A stretch of 64,000 nt of DNA from the NCBI GenBank assembly GCA_963745075.1, contig CAVUWV010000009.1, forward strand, positions 1-64,000. Direction: 5' to 3'. Under the pieces are notes generated by a model. It was not told the origin of the DNA, ran no database searches, and saw only the letters and a program-made list of their open reading frames with translations. This document shows, piece after piece, positions 20,434 through 31,629 of this stretch (positions are counted from its first letter, which is position 1; each line of letters starts with the position of its first letter). The stretch is from Candidatus Hydrogenedentota bacterium. GTDB taxonomy: Bacteria; Hydrogenedentota; Hydrogenedentia; Hydrogenedentales; SLHB01. The position numbers were made by a program, and so were the translations under genes.

Positions 20434-21695
20434 TCGGGGGCCTCCTCGGGGGCGTCTTTTTCCGGTGGGCTGGCGGTGGACCCGTCCCGTGTGAATTCCC
20501 AGAGCGAGACGGGTTTTGCATTTGAGGCATTGGCCGTGAGAAGCATCGTGCAGCGGCCTTCCGGTAGATCGTCCGGCAGGATCACCGCAAACGGCTGACG
20601 AACCGTGTCACCTCGCCACAGCGGCGCAGTCCCCACGGCGGCCGGTTCGCCGGTCAACGCAACCGACTGTCCATCCGGATACCGCAGCATAAATTCGACC
20701 GTCAGCGTCTGCTCGATGGTTTTGTCGATTGGGAACCACACCTCGAGCGTGATGTCTTGGTCCGGCGCGAGATCCCCAATGGGGCGCGAAATGCCCGCCA
20801 CACGAAGGCCCGGCGCGAGCGGCCGATCGAAGGGGATTTCGGGCGATACGGCTTGCAGGCGGAGCTCCGCCCGCTTCTGCATGTCCTCCGTTCCGTATTG
20901 TTTCGCGAGTTTCAGCACGCGCTCCGCGCCCAGCATCGAATTCGGAAACCGATCGAGGTAGGCCTGCCACGTTTCGCGGGCGGCGTCGGGACGATGGAGA
21001 AGCTCGTAGGACACCGCGATGTTCTGTAGAAACAATTGTTTCGCCGGCTCCGGGCCCATGGCTACGACGCGTTGCCACTCGTGAATCGCTTCTTCTTCCT
21101 CGCCCAACTGCGCGTAAGCCCCCGCCAAATTGGTGCGCGCAGCGAATTCGAGCGAGGGGCGCTCTGCCGCCTTCTGCAAGGCGTCAACCGCGCCCGCCCA
21201 GTCTTTAAGACGCAGGCGCATGAAGCCGAGGTCTAATTGCGCGGTCAGGTCGTCGGGAAAACGCGTCAGGTACTCATTCAGGAACGCGACGGCCTCGTCC
21301 GTCCGTCCGTTGCTTTCCAGAAACCCTGCATAGCGCCGCGCCGAACTGAAACGCTGACGCCCCAGCGAAGCCGCATGCGCATATGCCGCTTCGGCGTCAT
21401 CAGCGCGGTCCAGCGAATCCAGAAACTCGCCATACGCCACAAGCAATTCTTCGTTGTTGGGGTAGCGATCGAGGAGCGTCGAGAACACGGCTTCGGCCTG
21501 GGCCGGGTTCCCGCTACGACTGTAGTCTCGAGCGTCCCCCAGCAAGGTATCAAAACTTTGGGCATGAAACTGGCCCAAAACCTTGCCACGATAGCCGTAT
21601 ACGACCGCGCATACGATGACGAAGCTGGTCATCAAGACGAGCCACGCCACCAACTCCACGCGTAGTTTTTTCAATCCGGACTCCCCGCTTCCCAC
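20430..21695 (-). CDS. Membrane-anchored TPR protein with a C-terminal beta-rich domain
   Basis: N-terminal TM helix, then repeats such as AQLDLGFMRLRLKDWAGAVDALQKA. Confidence 0.8.
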   Translation of the reverse strand: MGSGESGLKKLRVELVAWLVLMTSFVIVCAVVYGYRGKVLGQFHAQSFDTLLGDARDYSRSGNPAQAEAVFSTLLDRYPNNEELLVAYGEFLDSLDRADDAEAAYAHAASLGRQRFSSARRYAGFLESNGRTDEAVAFLNEYLTRFPDDLTAQLDLGFMRLRLKDWAGAVDALQKAAERPSLEFAARTNLAGAYAQLGEEEEAIHEWQRVVAMGPEPAKQLFLQNIAVSYELLHRPDAARETWQAYLDRFPNSMLGAERVLKLAKQYGTEDMQKRAELRLQAVSPEIPFDRPLAPGLRVAGISRPIGDLAPDQDITLEVWFPIDKTIEQTLTVEFMLRYPDGQSVALTGEPAAVGTAPLWRGDTVRQPFAVILPDDLPEGRCTMLLTANASNAKPVSLWEFTRDGSTASPPEKDAPEEAPE

Positions 21696-21848
21696 CCCGT
21701 TCGCAGCCGTTCAACAGGTGATGGACAAGATATTCGGCGTTATTCTACGGGCTTTCCGGAACGGTCTCAAGTCGTGGAACCGCGCAACGGTACGGGGCGG
21801 CGTGCGTAACCATTTGACAGCATAAAGGATGAAGGTCGGAATTCCGTG

Positions 21849-23723
21849 TCATTCGCCGCGAAGAATCTGGAGATTCATCCGGGCCTGCTTATTTTCGGGT
21901 TCCAGTTCCAGCGCCGTCTCGAACTCGCGGATCGCAGCACTTGGGTCTCCCGAGGCCGCGTAGGCAATTCCGAGGTTGATGTGGACGCTTACGTTGTCGG
22001 AGAACCGATGCACCGCATCCCTCAGAAACGCTAGGGCTTCGGGCACCCTGCCCACCTGAATCAGGGCCGCCCCGTAGTTCGCCGCTGCATCCGCGAAGTG
22101 GGGCTGAATTTGCAGGGCATCCGCGAGGATCGGTACGGCCTCGTCGGCATGTCCGGTCCGTAGCAGGCACAGCGCCAGATTGTTGTGCGCCTCGAGGTTG
22201 GTTGGTGAAACCACCAACGCTTGCCGGTACAGTGCAATGGCTGCATCCAGATGCCCCAGTTTCTCGTGGGCCAATGCCAGGTTAAACAGGGTGGATCCGT
22301 CGTGTTCATCAAGTTCGCGCGCTCGCTCCAGGTAGGGAATGGCTTGCTCATATTTGCCCTTGCCGTTAAGCGCCATGCCCAGATTCGACAAGGCCAGTGC
22401 GTTGTTTTCGGTTACCTCCGCCGCGTTGCGGAACAACGACTCCGTATCGTGCCAGGTTCCGACCTGCACAAAGGTTCGCCAAGTCCAAAGCGCGCAGACC
22501 GCGCATGCAGCTACAGCTACGAATCGGTAGCGTTTACGCAATGTCGCCCCGGGAGCCGGTCGGGACCAACGCGCGACCAGCGCGGGAACGCCCCAAGCCG
22601 GAATCATCGCCAGACCGACATACGGAATGTACGTGTAACGGTCGGCCATGGCTTGCGCGCCGATTTGCACGAAACCGATCACCGGTACGAGCGTTCCCAC
22701 GTACCAGAACCAGCCCACCGTGAGGTACGGCGCACGCCGGAAGGCGTACAATGCGGCTGCGGTAACGACGGCCAGAAGCAACCCCGCCAGAATCAGGTGG
22801 GATAGGGGAATCCCTTGAAATGGAAACGGATAGAATACAGCGAGTTTCGCCGGCCATATCGCCTCGCCCAGATACCGCACGTAGGACATCAGCGCGTTGC
22901 TCACGCGCAGGCCCAACGGAAGGTTATCCATCGATACCACCGATTCCGTTTGCTGTTGGGTGACGAGTGTCAGGGCCGACGATGCGGCAGCCATCGCGAA
23001 CCAGGGGAGCTTTTCCAGCGCGAGCCGCACGCTGGCCGTAAAGGAGAAGGGCTGTGCCGCAGTGCCGATCCGGCGCAGCGGCCAATAATCGAGCAACAGC
23101 ATCACGCAGGGCAGCGTCACCAGCATGGGTTTCGCCATCAGGCCCAACGCGAAGAACAGCGTTGCGACGAGATAGCTTCGGATCCGCCGCCGCCGGACGT
23201 ACCACGCATACGCCAGCAAGGTGAGCATCCAGAACAAGGCGCTGAGCACGTCCTTGCGTTCGGAAACCCACGCCACCGATTCAACGTGAGCGGGGTGCAG
23301 GGCGAACACTGCCGCAACGAAAAGCGACGGACCCCGGTCGCCCGTCATGCGCCGCAACACGACGAACAACAACAAGGTGTTCGCCAGATGCAGCAAAAGT
23401 CCGGACAGGTGGTGCCCGCCGGGCCACAGCCCGAACAGTTCCACGTCCAGCATGTGCGAAAACAACGTCAGCGGTTGCCAGGTCGCCGTTTCCCCGGTGG
23501 TTGCGGCCCAGCGGAGGTTATCCCACGTGATGCCGTTGGGCACGTGGCGGTTGTGGGTCACATAAGCCCCGTCGTCGAACGCCACAAAGTCGGCGCCCAG
23601 TACCCGCCCGTACACCACAAAAGTCACCGCGCACAAGACGAGCACCGGAATCCAATCGAACGCAATGTTCCGGGTGCGCGGGGACCTGTGATTTCCATTT
23701 GTCTCAGATCTGTTCACGCTCAA
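21849..23723 (-). CDS. TMTC-like GT-C membrane glycosyltransferase with C-terminal TPRs
   Basis: FDDGAYV, WQPLT, LHPAHVESVAWVSERKDVL, MAKPM and AMADRYTYIP, then TPR repeats (AHNNLA). Confidence 0.85.
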   Translation of the reverse strand: MSVNRSETNGNHRSPRTRNIAFDWIPVLVLCAVTFVVYGRVLGADFVAFDDGAYVTHNRHVPNGITWDNLRWAATTGETATWQPLTLFSHMLDVELFGLWPGGHHLSGLLLHLANTLLLFVVLRRMTGDRGPSLFVAAVFALHPAHVESVAWVSERKDVLSALFWMLTLLAYAWYVRRRRIRSYLVATLFFALGLMAKPMLVTLPCVMLLLDYWPLRRIGTAAQPFSFTASVRLALEKLPWFAMAAASSALTLVTQQQTESVVSMDNLPLGLRVSNALMSYVRYLGEAIWPAKLAVFYPFPFQGIPLSHLILAGLLLAVVTAAALYAFRRAPYLTVGWFWYVGTLVPVIGFVQIGAQAMADRYTYIPYVGLAMIPAWGVPALVARWSRPAPGATLRKRYRFVAVAACAVCALWTWRTFVQVGTWHDTESLFRNAAEVTENNALALSNLGMALNGKGKYEQAIPYLERARELDEHDGSTLFNLALAHEKLGHLDAAIALYRQALVVSPTNLEAHNNLALCLLRTGHADEAVPILADALQIQPHFADAAANYGAALIQVGRVPEALAFLRDAVHRFSDNVSVHINLGIAYAASGDPSAAIREFETALELEPENKQARMNLQILRGE

Positions 23724-23804
23724 CCTGCTGCCTCGCCCACCGGCCCTGTGCTACACTCCACCCCATTGCTGCGGATCGCAACTCTTTCATGATGGAGGGT
23801 ACCC

Positions 23805-24272
23805 ATGCAACCTCGCTTTCGGCAAACCGTGGGGGCATTGATGGTTTTGGCGGCCGCGGGTTGTCAAACCAGCGACTCCGGTAAACTTCACGCGTCGTCC
23901 GCATCGAAGGGGGCACGACCCGGCGATTGGCGGGTTCGGCTAACCTGGCAGACCGAGACCGAGTCCAACGCATTCGGCTTCTACATTTACCGATCCGAGA
24001 GTGCGGACGGCGAGATGAAGGTTGTCAACCCTGACGCGCCACTTCACGCCGCGGGAACCACCACGACTCCGCAACGGTACCGGTACTACGATCTCGAGGT
24101 GGACGGCGGGAAGACGTACTACTACAAGCTGGAACAGGTCGATGGTGACGGGAGCAGCCGGTTCATCATCGGGGAGGAGCAGCCGGTCCCGGGCGAACCG
24201 AAACGGTTGACAGACGTTGAAGTTGCCGAGATTCGCGAGCACGGCGTTATGTATCGTCAGGAGGCTGGATAG
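23805..24272 (+). CDS. Lipoprotein with a single Fn3/Ig-like module
   Basis: Lipobox AAAGC, then LTWQTETESNAFGFYIYRS ... YRYYD ... TYYYKLEQVDGDG. Confidence 0.7.
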   Translation: MQPRFRQTVGALMVLAAAGCQTSDSGKLHASSASKGARPGDWRVRLTWQTETESNAFGFYIYRSESADGEMKVVNPDAPLHAAGTTTTPQRYRYYDLEVDGGKTYYYKLEQVDGDGSSRFIIGEEQPVPGEPKRLTDVEVAEIREHGVMYRQEAG

Positions 24273-24403
24273 TAGATCTCGGGGCGCTCCCACGCGCGTT
24301 TGAGCGCCCAAATTTGGTAGACTGGCCGCGACTGTTTCGCCCGTAGGAAGTCTCGCGGGTGTGAAATACGGGGGAAGAATCAACAGATGGGACACCGTAC
24401 GTT

Positions 24404-27400
24404 ATGCAAATCATTACGCGACTGGCCGCAACACTGGGTTTGGTATTAGCCATGCAACATACATTTACCGCTTCCGCAGCCGATCTTACCGTTTCGAGCC
24501 TGAAATGCGAATACCGGGTGAATCCCCTCGGGATCGATGCAGCGGCGCCACGCCTCAACTGGCGCCTCGTGTCCGATGCGCGAGGCGTAGCGCAGTCCGC
24601 GTATCAAATCCTTGTCGCATCGTCGGAGGATAAGCTTACGGAGGATGCCGCCGACCTGTGGAATTCCGGGAAAGTCGAGTCCGATCGGTCGGCCCACGTC
24701 CCGTACGCGGGAAGTCCCCTGAGTTCGCGGCAGCCCTGTTATTGGAAGGTCCGCGTCTGGGACGCGGACGGCGCGGTATCTCCCTGGAGCGAGCCCTCGT
24801 TGTGGAGCATGGGCTTGTTGAACCCTTCCGACTGGGAAGGTGAATGGATCGGCTTGGACAGCGGCCGTTCGCCGAATATGCCCGTACCGGGCAATTGGAT
24901 CTGGTATCCAGAAGGCGACCCGGCCACGTCCGCGCCCGCGGCCCTGCGTTATTTTCGCAAGACGTTCGAGCTTCCCGCCGACGCGATCGTCGAGAAAGCA
25001 GTCTGCTATGCGACAGCGGACAATTCATTCAAGGTCTTCATCAACGGCAGTGAGGCCGGGCATGGGTCCGATTTTCATACCGCCACGGAAATCGACGTGA
25101 CGAAGTTCGTGAAGCCGGGAGCCAACGTCCTGGCGATTTTGGCCGAAAACCAGGGAAACAGTCCGAATCCCGCGGGTCTGCTTGCGTCGATTTCCATCCG
25201 CCTCTCCAGCGGTGAGACGGTGGAATTTGCGGCGGACGAGTCCTGGAAAACGAGTGCCAGCGAGCAGTCGGGGTGGAATGCGCCGGCGTTTGACGATTCA
25301 TCGTGGAATAGCGCAAAGGTTCTGGGCGCCAACGGTATGGACCCTTGGGGCAAGGTGACGGCCCAGCAAGAGCCGGTTATGCCCGCGCGCATGGTACGGC
25401 GGGAGTTCAACGCCAAGCCCAGCGTCACGCGGGCCACGGCCTACGTCAGCGGTCTCGGTATCTTTGAACTGTATATCAACGGTCAACGGATCGGCGATCA
25501 GGTGCTCGCCCCCGCGTGCAGCGAGTACGACAAGCGGGTCTATTACATGACCTTTGATGTGACTGACGACCTTCACGAGGGCGCCAACGCCATCGGCGTT
25601 TTGCTGGGCGATGGCCGCTACTTTTCTCCACGCGTCGTGTGGGATTGGGCCAAGACGTACGGGTTTCCGAAGCTGCTCCTCCAGTTGGAAGTGGAATATG
25701 CGGACGGTTCCGTACAGCGGATCGTGAGTGATGGGTCCTGGAAGCTGACAACGGATGGCCCCATCCGCGCGAACAACGAATTCGACGGGGAAGTCTACGA
25801 CGCGCGAAAGGAGATTCCCGGTTGGGCCGAGCCTGATTTCGACGACAGCGTATGGCAGCCCGTGCAACACGTCGAGGCCCCGGGCGGGGTCATGTCGGCG
25901 CAGATGCAGGAACCCATCCGCGTCGTCGAGACGCTCAAACCGAAATCTATCACGCAGCCCAAACCTGGTGTGTACATCTACGACATGGGGCAAAACATGG
26001 TGGGGTGGTGCCGTCTCAAGGTGAAGGGTCCGGCCGGCACGGAAGTGAAACTGCGTCACGCCGAAGTGCTTCAGGACGACGGCACGCTGTATATGGCTAA
26101 CCTCCGGTCGGCCAAGGTTACGGATGTTTATACCCTGAAAGGCGGCGGCACGGAGACGTACGAACCGCGATTCACCTACCACGGTTTTCGGTACGTGGAA
26201 CTGACCGGATACCCGGGCAAACCCGATCTCGATACCATCGAAGGCTGCGTCGTCCACGACGACGTGAAGTCCGCCGGCGAATTCGAAACCTCGAACCCGC
26301 TCTTGAACCAGATTCACCACAACATCGTCTGGGGTACCCGCGGCAACTACCGCAGCATGCCGACAGATTGCCCGCAGCGCGATGAGCGCCAGGGCTGGCT
26401 TGGCGACCGGTCCGAAGAGTCGCGCGGCGAAACCTATCTGTTCCAGGTCGAACCGCTGTATGCGAAGTGGGTGCAGGACATGGACGACGCGCAGAAGGAC
26501 AGCGGAAGTGTGCCGGACGTGTGCCCGTCATACTACCCCTTCTACAACGACGACGTGACGTGGCCGAGCAGTTTCATCATCGTCCCCGGCGCGTTACACG
26601 ATCAATACGGCGATATCCGCGTCCTCGAACGCCACTACGACGGTATGAAACAGTGGATCGACTATATGACCCAGTTTATCCAGGACGGCATCATCGACAA
26701 AGACTCCTACGGCGACTGGTGCGTGCCGCCGGAAGATCCGATCCTTATCCACTCGAAAGATCCCAAGCGCAAGACCAACGCGCCGGTGATCGCGTCCGCC
26801 TATTTCTACCACGATCTGGACCTCATGGCGAGCTACGCCGACCTGCTTAATAAACCCGAGGACGCGAAAGATTTCCGCGCCTTGGCCGGAACGATGAAGA
26901 CGGCCTTCAACAAGCGCTTCTTGAACGAAGACAGTGGCACGACTACGACAACGGTTCCCAGACTGCCAGCCTGTTGCCGCTGGCCTTTGGCATGGTCCCC
27001 GAGGATCAGGTTTCGCCGGTTTTCAATACGCTCGTCGACAAGATTCTCGTCGGCACCAAGGGCCATGTCGGCACGGGGCTCATCGGGGGCCAGTGGCTTA
27101 CGCGCGCCCTCTCCGACGGGGGTCGTCCCGATGTGGTGTACACGCTGGCGACGCAAACGACGTATCCGAGCTGGGGCTACATGATCGAAAACGGCGCCAC
27201 GACGGTGTGGGAGTTATGGAACGGCAACACCGCCGACCCCGCCATGAACTCGCACAACCACGTCATGCTTGTCGGCGACTTGGTGATGTGGTTCTACGAA
27301 TACCTCGGCGGCATCCGGCCCGATCCGAAGGTTCCCGGCTTCAAACATATCGTGCTTGACCCCGTGCCCGTCGATGACCTCGACCACGTCCGCGCCACCC

Positions 27401-27648
27401 ACGAGTCCGTATACGGCGCCATCGCCAGCGAATGGACCCGCACCGGCAAGGCGTTCCGTTGGACGGTCACCGTACCGCCGAATACGACGGCCACGGTGCA
27501 CGTGCCGACAAGCGACGCTGGGAGCGTTACGGAGAGTGGCGCATCCCTCGCCGATGCGAAGGGCGTGGGTGACGTGCGTGAGGAAGACGGCGCGGTGATT
27601 TGCACCGTGGGGTCCGGGTCGTACGAGTTCGAGTCGATATTGGAGTAA
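24404..27648 (+). CDS. Secreted alpha-L-rhamnosidase (GH78), frameshifted near 26940
   Basis: Signal peptide, LKCEYRVNPLGID, DMGQNMVGW, FTYHGFRYVE, PTDCPQRDERQGWLGD and YGDW. After the shift: YDNGSQT, GATTVWELWNG and MNSHNHVM. Confidence 0.92.
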
Positions 27649-27659
27649 GCGGCGATGCC

Positions 27660-29084
27660 TTAGCCGCCGTCGCCACCTCGCGAGGTGTGTTCGCGGATGT
27701 CATACTTGCGCACCTTGTAGGTCATGTCGCTGCGGGAGAGTCCGAGTTTACGCGCGGCTTCGGCCTGGGCGCCGTCCGCCATGGTGAGTGCGCGAATGAG
27801 AAGATGGCGCTCCACCTCTTCGAGCACTTGGCGAACGTCCAATTCCGGCGGCAATCCATGCACGAGATCCGGTATCGCTGCATGTCCGTCGCGGGTGGTT
27901 GGGGCTGAACCCGCTGCAGACGCCCCGGCGACCGGAAAGTCGTCCGTGACCAGTTCCTGGCCCCGCCCGAGGATGTAGGCGCGTTCGATCAGGTTGCGGA
28001 GTTCGCGCACGTTTCCGGGAAACGCATAGCGGCGCAATGCATCGACGGCGTCCACCGCAATGGTTCGCGGCTCGACTTTTAAGTCATGGGCGACGGCCGT
28101 AAGAAAATGTTCGATCAACGCGGGAATATCGGAGCTTCGCTCCCGCAGCGGCGGAATCGCCAACGGCACGACGGCAAGTCGAAAATACAGATCTTCGCGA
28201 AAGGCCCCGTCTTTCACACGTTGCTCGAGATTGCGGTGCGTGGCCGCGATGATACGGACGTCGACCTTACGGGGATTGGTGGAACCCACCCGCAACAGTT
28301 CACCATCGACAAGGACCCGCAGGAGTTTCGCCTGCAATCCCAGCGACATTTCGCCCGCTTCATCGAGAAACAACGTGCCCAGATTGGCCGCTTCGAACAA
28401 ACCCTGCCGCGCCTGTTCCGCTCCTGTGAAGGCGCCTTTCTCGTGGCCGAATAGTTGGCTTTCCAACAAGTCCTCCGGCATGGCCGCGCAGTTGACGGCG
28501 ACAAACGGCATGTTGGCCCGGGCACTTCGTTTGTGGATTGCGCGGGCTACGAGTTCCTTGCCAGTTCCCGTTTCACCGGTAATCAGAATCGTGGCATTCG
28601 TCGGGGCGGCGCGGACGATAAACTCGCGCACCTCCTGCATGGCGGGACTGTTGCCCAGCAGTTCCGTGTCCGCGGCCAGCCGGCCGACCTCGTCCCGAAG
28701 ACGCTCGTTCTCGCGGAGCAACGTGGCATGATTGCAGGCGCGCCAGACCGCGGCACGCACGGTATCCGGATTGAACGGCTTGGTGATGAAGTCGAACGCC
28801 CCTTCGCGCATGGCCGTCACCGCAAGCTCCACGGAGGCGTACGCAGTCACCACGATCACCGGCAACGACGGGTCCGCGTCCTTGGCCGCGGCCAGTACGC
28901 CCATGCCGTCGCCATCCGGAAGCCGTTGATCCGTGACGACAAGATCGAGGGGCTGCGCGTTAAGCGTCTTCAGTGCCTCCTTGCAGGTACCCGCTTCGAA
29001 GACTTCGTGGCCTTCCTTTTGCAGCAGGACGGCCAGAATGCGGCGCATGCCGGCCTCATCTTCGACGATCAGAATTCGATTCAT
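27660..29084 (-). CDS. Sigma54-dependent response regulator (REC-AAA+-HTH, NtrC/AtoC/ZraR family)
   Basis: ILIVEDE, GETGTGKE, FGHEKGAFTGA, LFLDE, FREDLYFRL, PGNVRELRN and a C-terminal HTH. Confidence 0.95.
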   Translation of the reverse strand: MNRILIVEDEAGMRRILAVLLQKEGHEVFEAGTCKEALKTLNAQPLDLVVTDQRLPDGDGMGVLAAAKDADPSLPVIVVTAYASVELAVTAMREGAFDFITKPFNPDTVRAAVWRACNHATLLRENERLRDEVGRLAADTELLGNSPAMQEVREFIVRAAPTNATILITGETGTGKELVARAIHKRSARANMPFVAVNCAAMPEDLLESQLFGHEKGAFTGAEQARQGLFEAANLGTLFLDEAGEMSLGLQAKLLRVLVDGELLRVGSTNPRKVDVRIIAATHRNLEQRVKDGAFREDLYFRLAVVPLAIPPLRERSSDIPALIEHFLTAVAHDLKVEPRTIAVDAVDALRRYAFPGNVRELRNLIERAYILGRGQELVTDDFPVAGASAAGSAPTTRDGHAAIPDLVHGLPPELDVRQVLEEVERHLLIRALTMADGAQAEAARKLGLSRSDMTYKVRKYDIREHTSRGGDGG

Positions 29085-30463
29085 GTCTCCGTCCCCACCG
29101 CGGGATCGCCCGATCCGACGAGCGCGCCGGGCAAACGCATGGCAAAACGCACGCAATCTACTTCGTTTTGAACGAGCACCAAGTCCCCGCCGTGGCCGCG
29201 CGCGATATTTCGCGCAATAGCAAGGCCAAGTCCGGTGCCTTTGGGCTTGGTCGTGTAGAAAGGCTCGAAAATATGCGCGGCAACGTCACCGGGAATCGGT
29301 TTTCCCGAGTTCTCCACGTAGATTTCCAGATCCGGTCCGTCAGCCCGGCAACCGATTTCTACGCGGCCGCCATCGCCCGCCGCGTCGATGGCGTTTAAGA
29401 CGAGATTCACGACCGCTTGTTGGATCTGGAACGCATCCACCATGGCCGTCCCGCTACCCATGCATACCGTACCCACCTTTGCGCCGGCCTCTCCTGCGCG
29501 GGCTTTCGCGAGGGAACCAACGTATTCGGCAATGGTCGCGAGCGACTCCGGCTGCTTGTCGGGCTGTGCGGTGCGCGCGTAGGACAGAAAATCCGTCGTG
29601 AAGGTTTCCAATCTGCGGGCTTCCGTCGCAGCGATGGCGAACATTTCGTCCCGCAGTTCCTTTTCCATCCCCGGCTGGTGTGCGGTGGAAAGGGAACTTG
29701 AAATCATGGCGATGGGATTGCGAATCTCGTGGGCGATGGCACTGGACAGCCGTCCGATGGCGGCCAGTTTCTCTTCGGAAACCAATCGGTCGCGGGTCCG
29801 TTCCAGTTCCTGCAACGCGGTTTCGAGCTTCGATTGCTCCGTCCGCAACTGCGCCACCAGCAGCCACACGACCAGACCCACGGCGAAATAAATCAGCACC
29901 ATGGTCGCCGCTTCGAAGTATTCGCTTAGATTGACGTGTGGCATGCCCCGGAAGTAGACCCAGACCTGCAACACCGTCAAGACGCCGGCAAGACTCGCCA
30001 CACCGAGCGTCCCCGGCAGGGAGTATCGGAACGCCGCCGCCACGACGGGCAATATCATCAGGACTGCATAGTGCGAGTCTTCGCTCGTAGACAGCATGGC
30101 GACCAGCGCGGCGAACGCGATGTGCAAAATGATCGAGAGATGGGCGTAGCCGCAGACGACCCGCCATCCCAACGGCCGTTTCAACGAATTCAGCCAGATC
30201 AACTCGATCGCCTGCATGAGGAATCGCGCGCCGAACAGGGTGATGATCGCGCGGGACGGGAGTGCCAACGCGGGCCGAAACAACACCTGCACCAATAACA
30301 GCGCCGCGATGATCGACAAATTGAGCAGAATGAGCGTGCTCTCTTGCCGTCGAAAAACGCTGAAGTCGACGCAGGCCGTCAACGCCGTCGAGACAATGCT
30401 GCCGTCGCGCCGGTTTTCGCGACCGGCCGGGTTGGAATTGTTTTCCCCGTCTTGCGTCTTCAC
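29081..30463 (-). CDS. Intramembrane-sensing histidine kinase
   Basis: Several TM helices with short loops, AHEIRNP, NLVLNAIDA, FEPFYTTK and GTGLGL. The GTG at 30463 follows GGAG, and the stop overlaps the regulator start. Confidence 0.9.
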   Translation of the reverse strand: MKTQDGENNSNPAGRENRRDGSIVSTALTACVDFSVFRRQESTLILLNLSIIAALLLVQVLFRPALALPSRAIITLFGARFLMQAIELIWLNSLKRPLGWRVVCGYAHLSIILHIAFAALVAMLSTSEDSHYAVLMILPVVAAAFRYSLPGTLGVASLAGVLTVLQVWVYFRGMPHVNLSEYFEAATMVLIYFAVGLVVWLLVAQLRTEQSKLETALQELERTRDRLVSEEKLAAIGRLSSAIAHEIRNPIAMISSSLSTAHQPGMEKELRDEMFAIAATEARRLETFTTDFLSYARTAQPDKQPESLATIAEYVGSLAKARAGEAGAKVGTVCMGSGTAMVDAFQIQQAVVNLVLNAIDAAGDGGRVEIGCRADGPDLEIYVENSGKPIPGDVAAHIFEPFYTTKPKGTGLGLAIARNIARGHGGDLVLVQNEVDCVRFAMRLPGALVGSGDPAVGTET

Positions 30464-30596
30464 GCGACTCCACACTGTAGGTTGTGGCCGCCCGCACCCG
30501 CAGGCGGTTGCTTTCGTTTGGAGTATAGAGCAGCGCATGAGACTTACGCCATTCGGGGGCCGGGGGTGCCGGGCGCGCCGTCTGCCGTCGGAGATG

Positions 30597-31391
30597 TTAC
30601 CGTTTTGACTTCGGCACCATATACGGCACCGCTTCGCGATAGCGCGCAAAACGGTCGCCGTGCCACTCCAGAAATCGGGCTTCCTTGAGCAGTGGGCCGA
30701 TTACGCAGTACGCTGACCAAACCGAGGCGAGGACTACGCTGTCGAGCGTGTGAACCGGGGAGGTCCACATGACCAGCGCGAATCCGACGTATACCGGGTG
30801 ACGTATCAGCCGGAACAACCCCCGCGTTGGAAAGTCGCCGTAATCCGGGCGTTTCCCCTTGACGACCGAAGTCCAACCCAGGTACCCGGTCTGCACTGCC
30901 AGCCCCGAGTCGGTCAACGCTCTGATTAGAAATATCCAACTCGCGAGGAAGACAAGCTGGAGAACATGGCGTTCCCAACCGGCAGGATCGCTGAGGGTTA
31001 TTCCGCTGGGGGACCAAAGCGTAAACGTCCCGAGCAGTTGGAGACTTCCCACGAGTACATACGTCGTTGAAACCAAATCCCGGCCCAAACCGTCCGGCGC
31101 GGTTTTCGCCATGAGATTCCGGCCGCGTTTGCTGAGAAAGAACGAATGCAGAACGGGAAACTGCACGATCAACAGTGCGTTGAACAGAACCGCCATCCAA
31201 CCGTGAAAAGGTCCTTGACCCGTTCGCAGACCGGAATACAAACCGATCACCATGATGACTACCGAAACGGCGAAAACCGTGTGTGTAAATATGCCGAAGG
31301 CAAGGGCGAATGATGCGCCTCGGTTCGATCGAAGCGACTGTACGAGACGATTGAGTACGCGGGGGATGGACAGTGAGGCGCTGTCGGCCAT
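30597..31391 (-). CDS. ICMT/NnrU-family membrane methyltransferase (methanethiol S-methyltransferase MddA-like)
   Basis: QFPVLHS, TYVLVGSL, GLFRLIRHPVYVGF..WTSP and KEARFL..HG..FARYREAVP. Confidence 0.7.
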   Translation of the reverse strand: MADSASLSIPRVLNRLVQSLRSNRGASFALAFGIFTHTVFAVSVVIMVIGLYSGLRTGQGPFHGWMAVLFNALLIVQFPVLHSFFLSKRGRNLMAKTAPDGLGRDLVSTTYVLVGSLQLLGTFTLWSPSGITLSDPAGWERHVLQLVFLASWIFLIRALTDSGLAVQTGYLGWTSVVKGKRPDYGDFPTRGLFRLIRHPVYVGFALVMWTSPVHTLDSVVLASVWSAYCVIGPLLKEARFLEWHGDRFARYREAVPYMVPKSKR

Positions 31392-31629
31392 GGGCAAATC
31401 CTTTTTTACTACCAGGAACAACTACGCGGCTTTGAGCCAGCCGCCGGCGCGTGGCCGTCTCGTCCGCGTGCGAAGAGGAGAGAGATGCCACACTGCTTAC
31501 TATACTCCGAATGATTGTCGCCGCGACACACAAGGGTTTATCCTTTGACACATTGTTTACGTACTCGGTTTCATCGCGCACTGTGATGCAGTGCCGCGCC
31601 TTCACCGCCACAGCCCTTCATCGACGCGC

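Noticed and set aside
26930..26950. Programmed ribosomal frameshifting in the split genes
   Set aside because: No slippery heptamer with a downstream structure at the shift points, and these families are not known to be recoded.
27660..29084. Calling the sigma54 activator PspF
   Set aside because: It has an N-terminal receiver domain and a cognate kinase, whereas PspF lacks a receiver.
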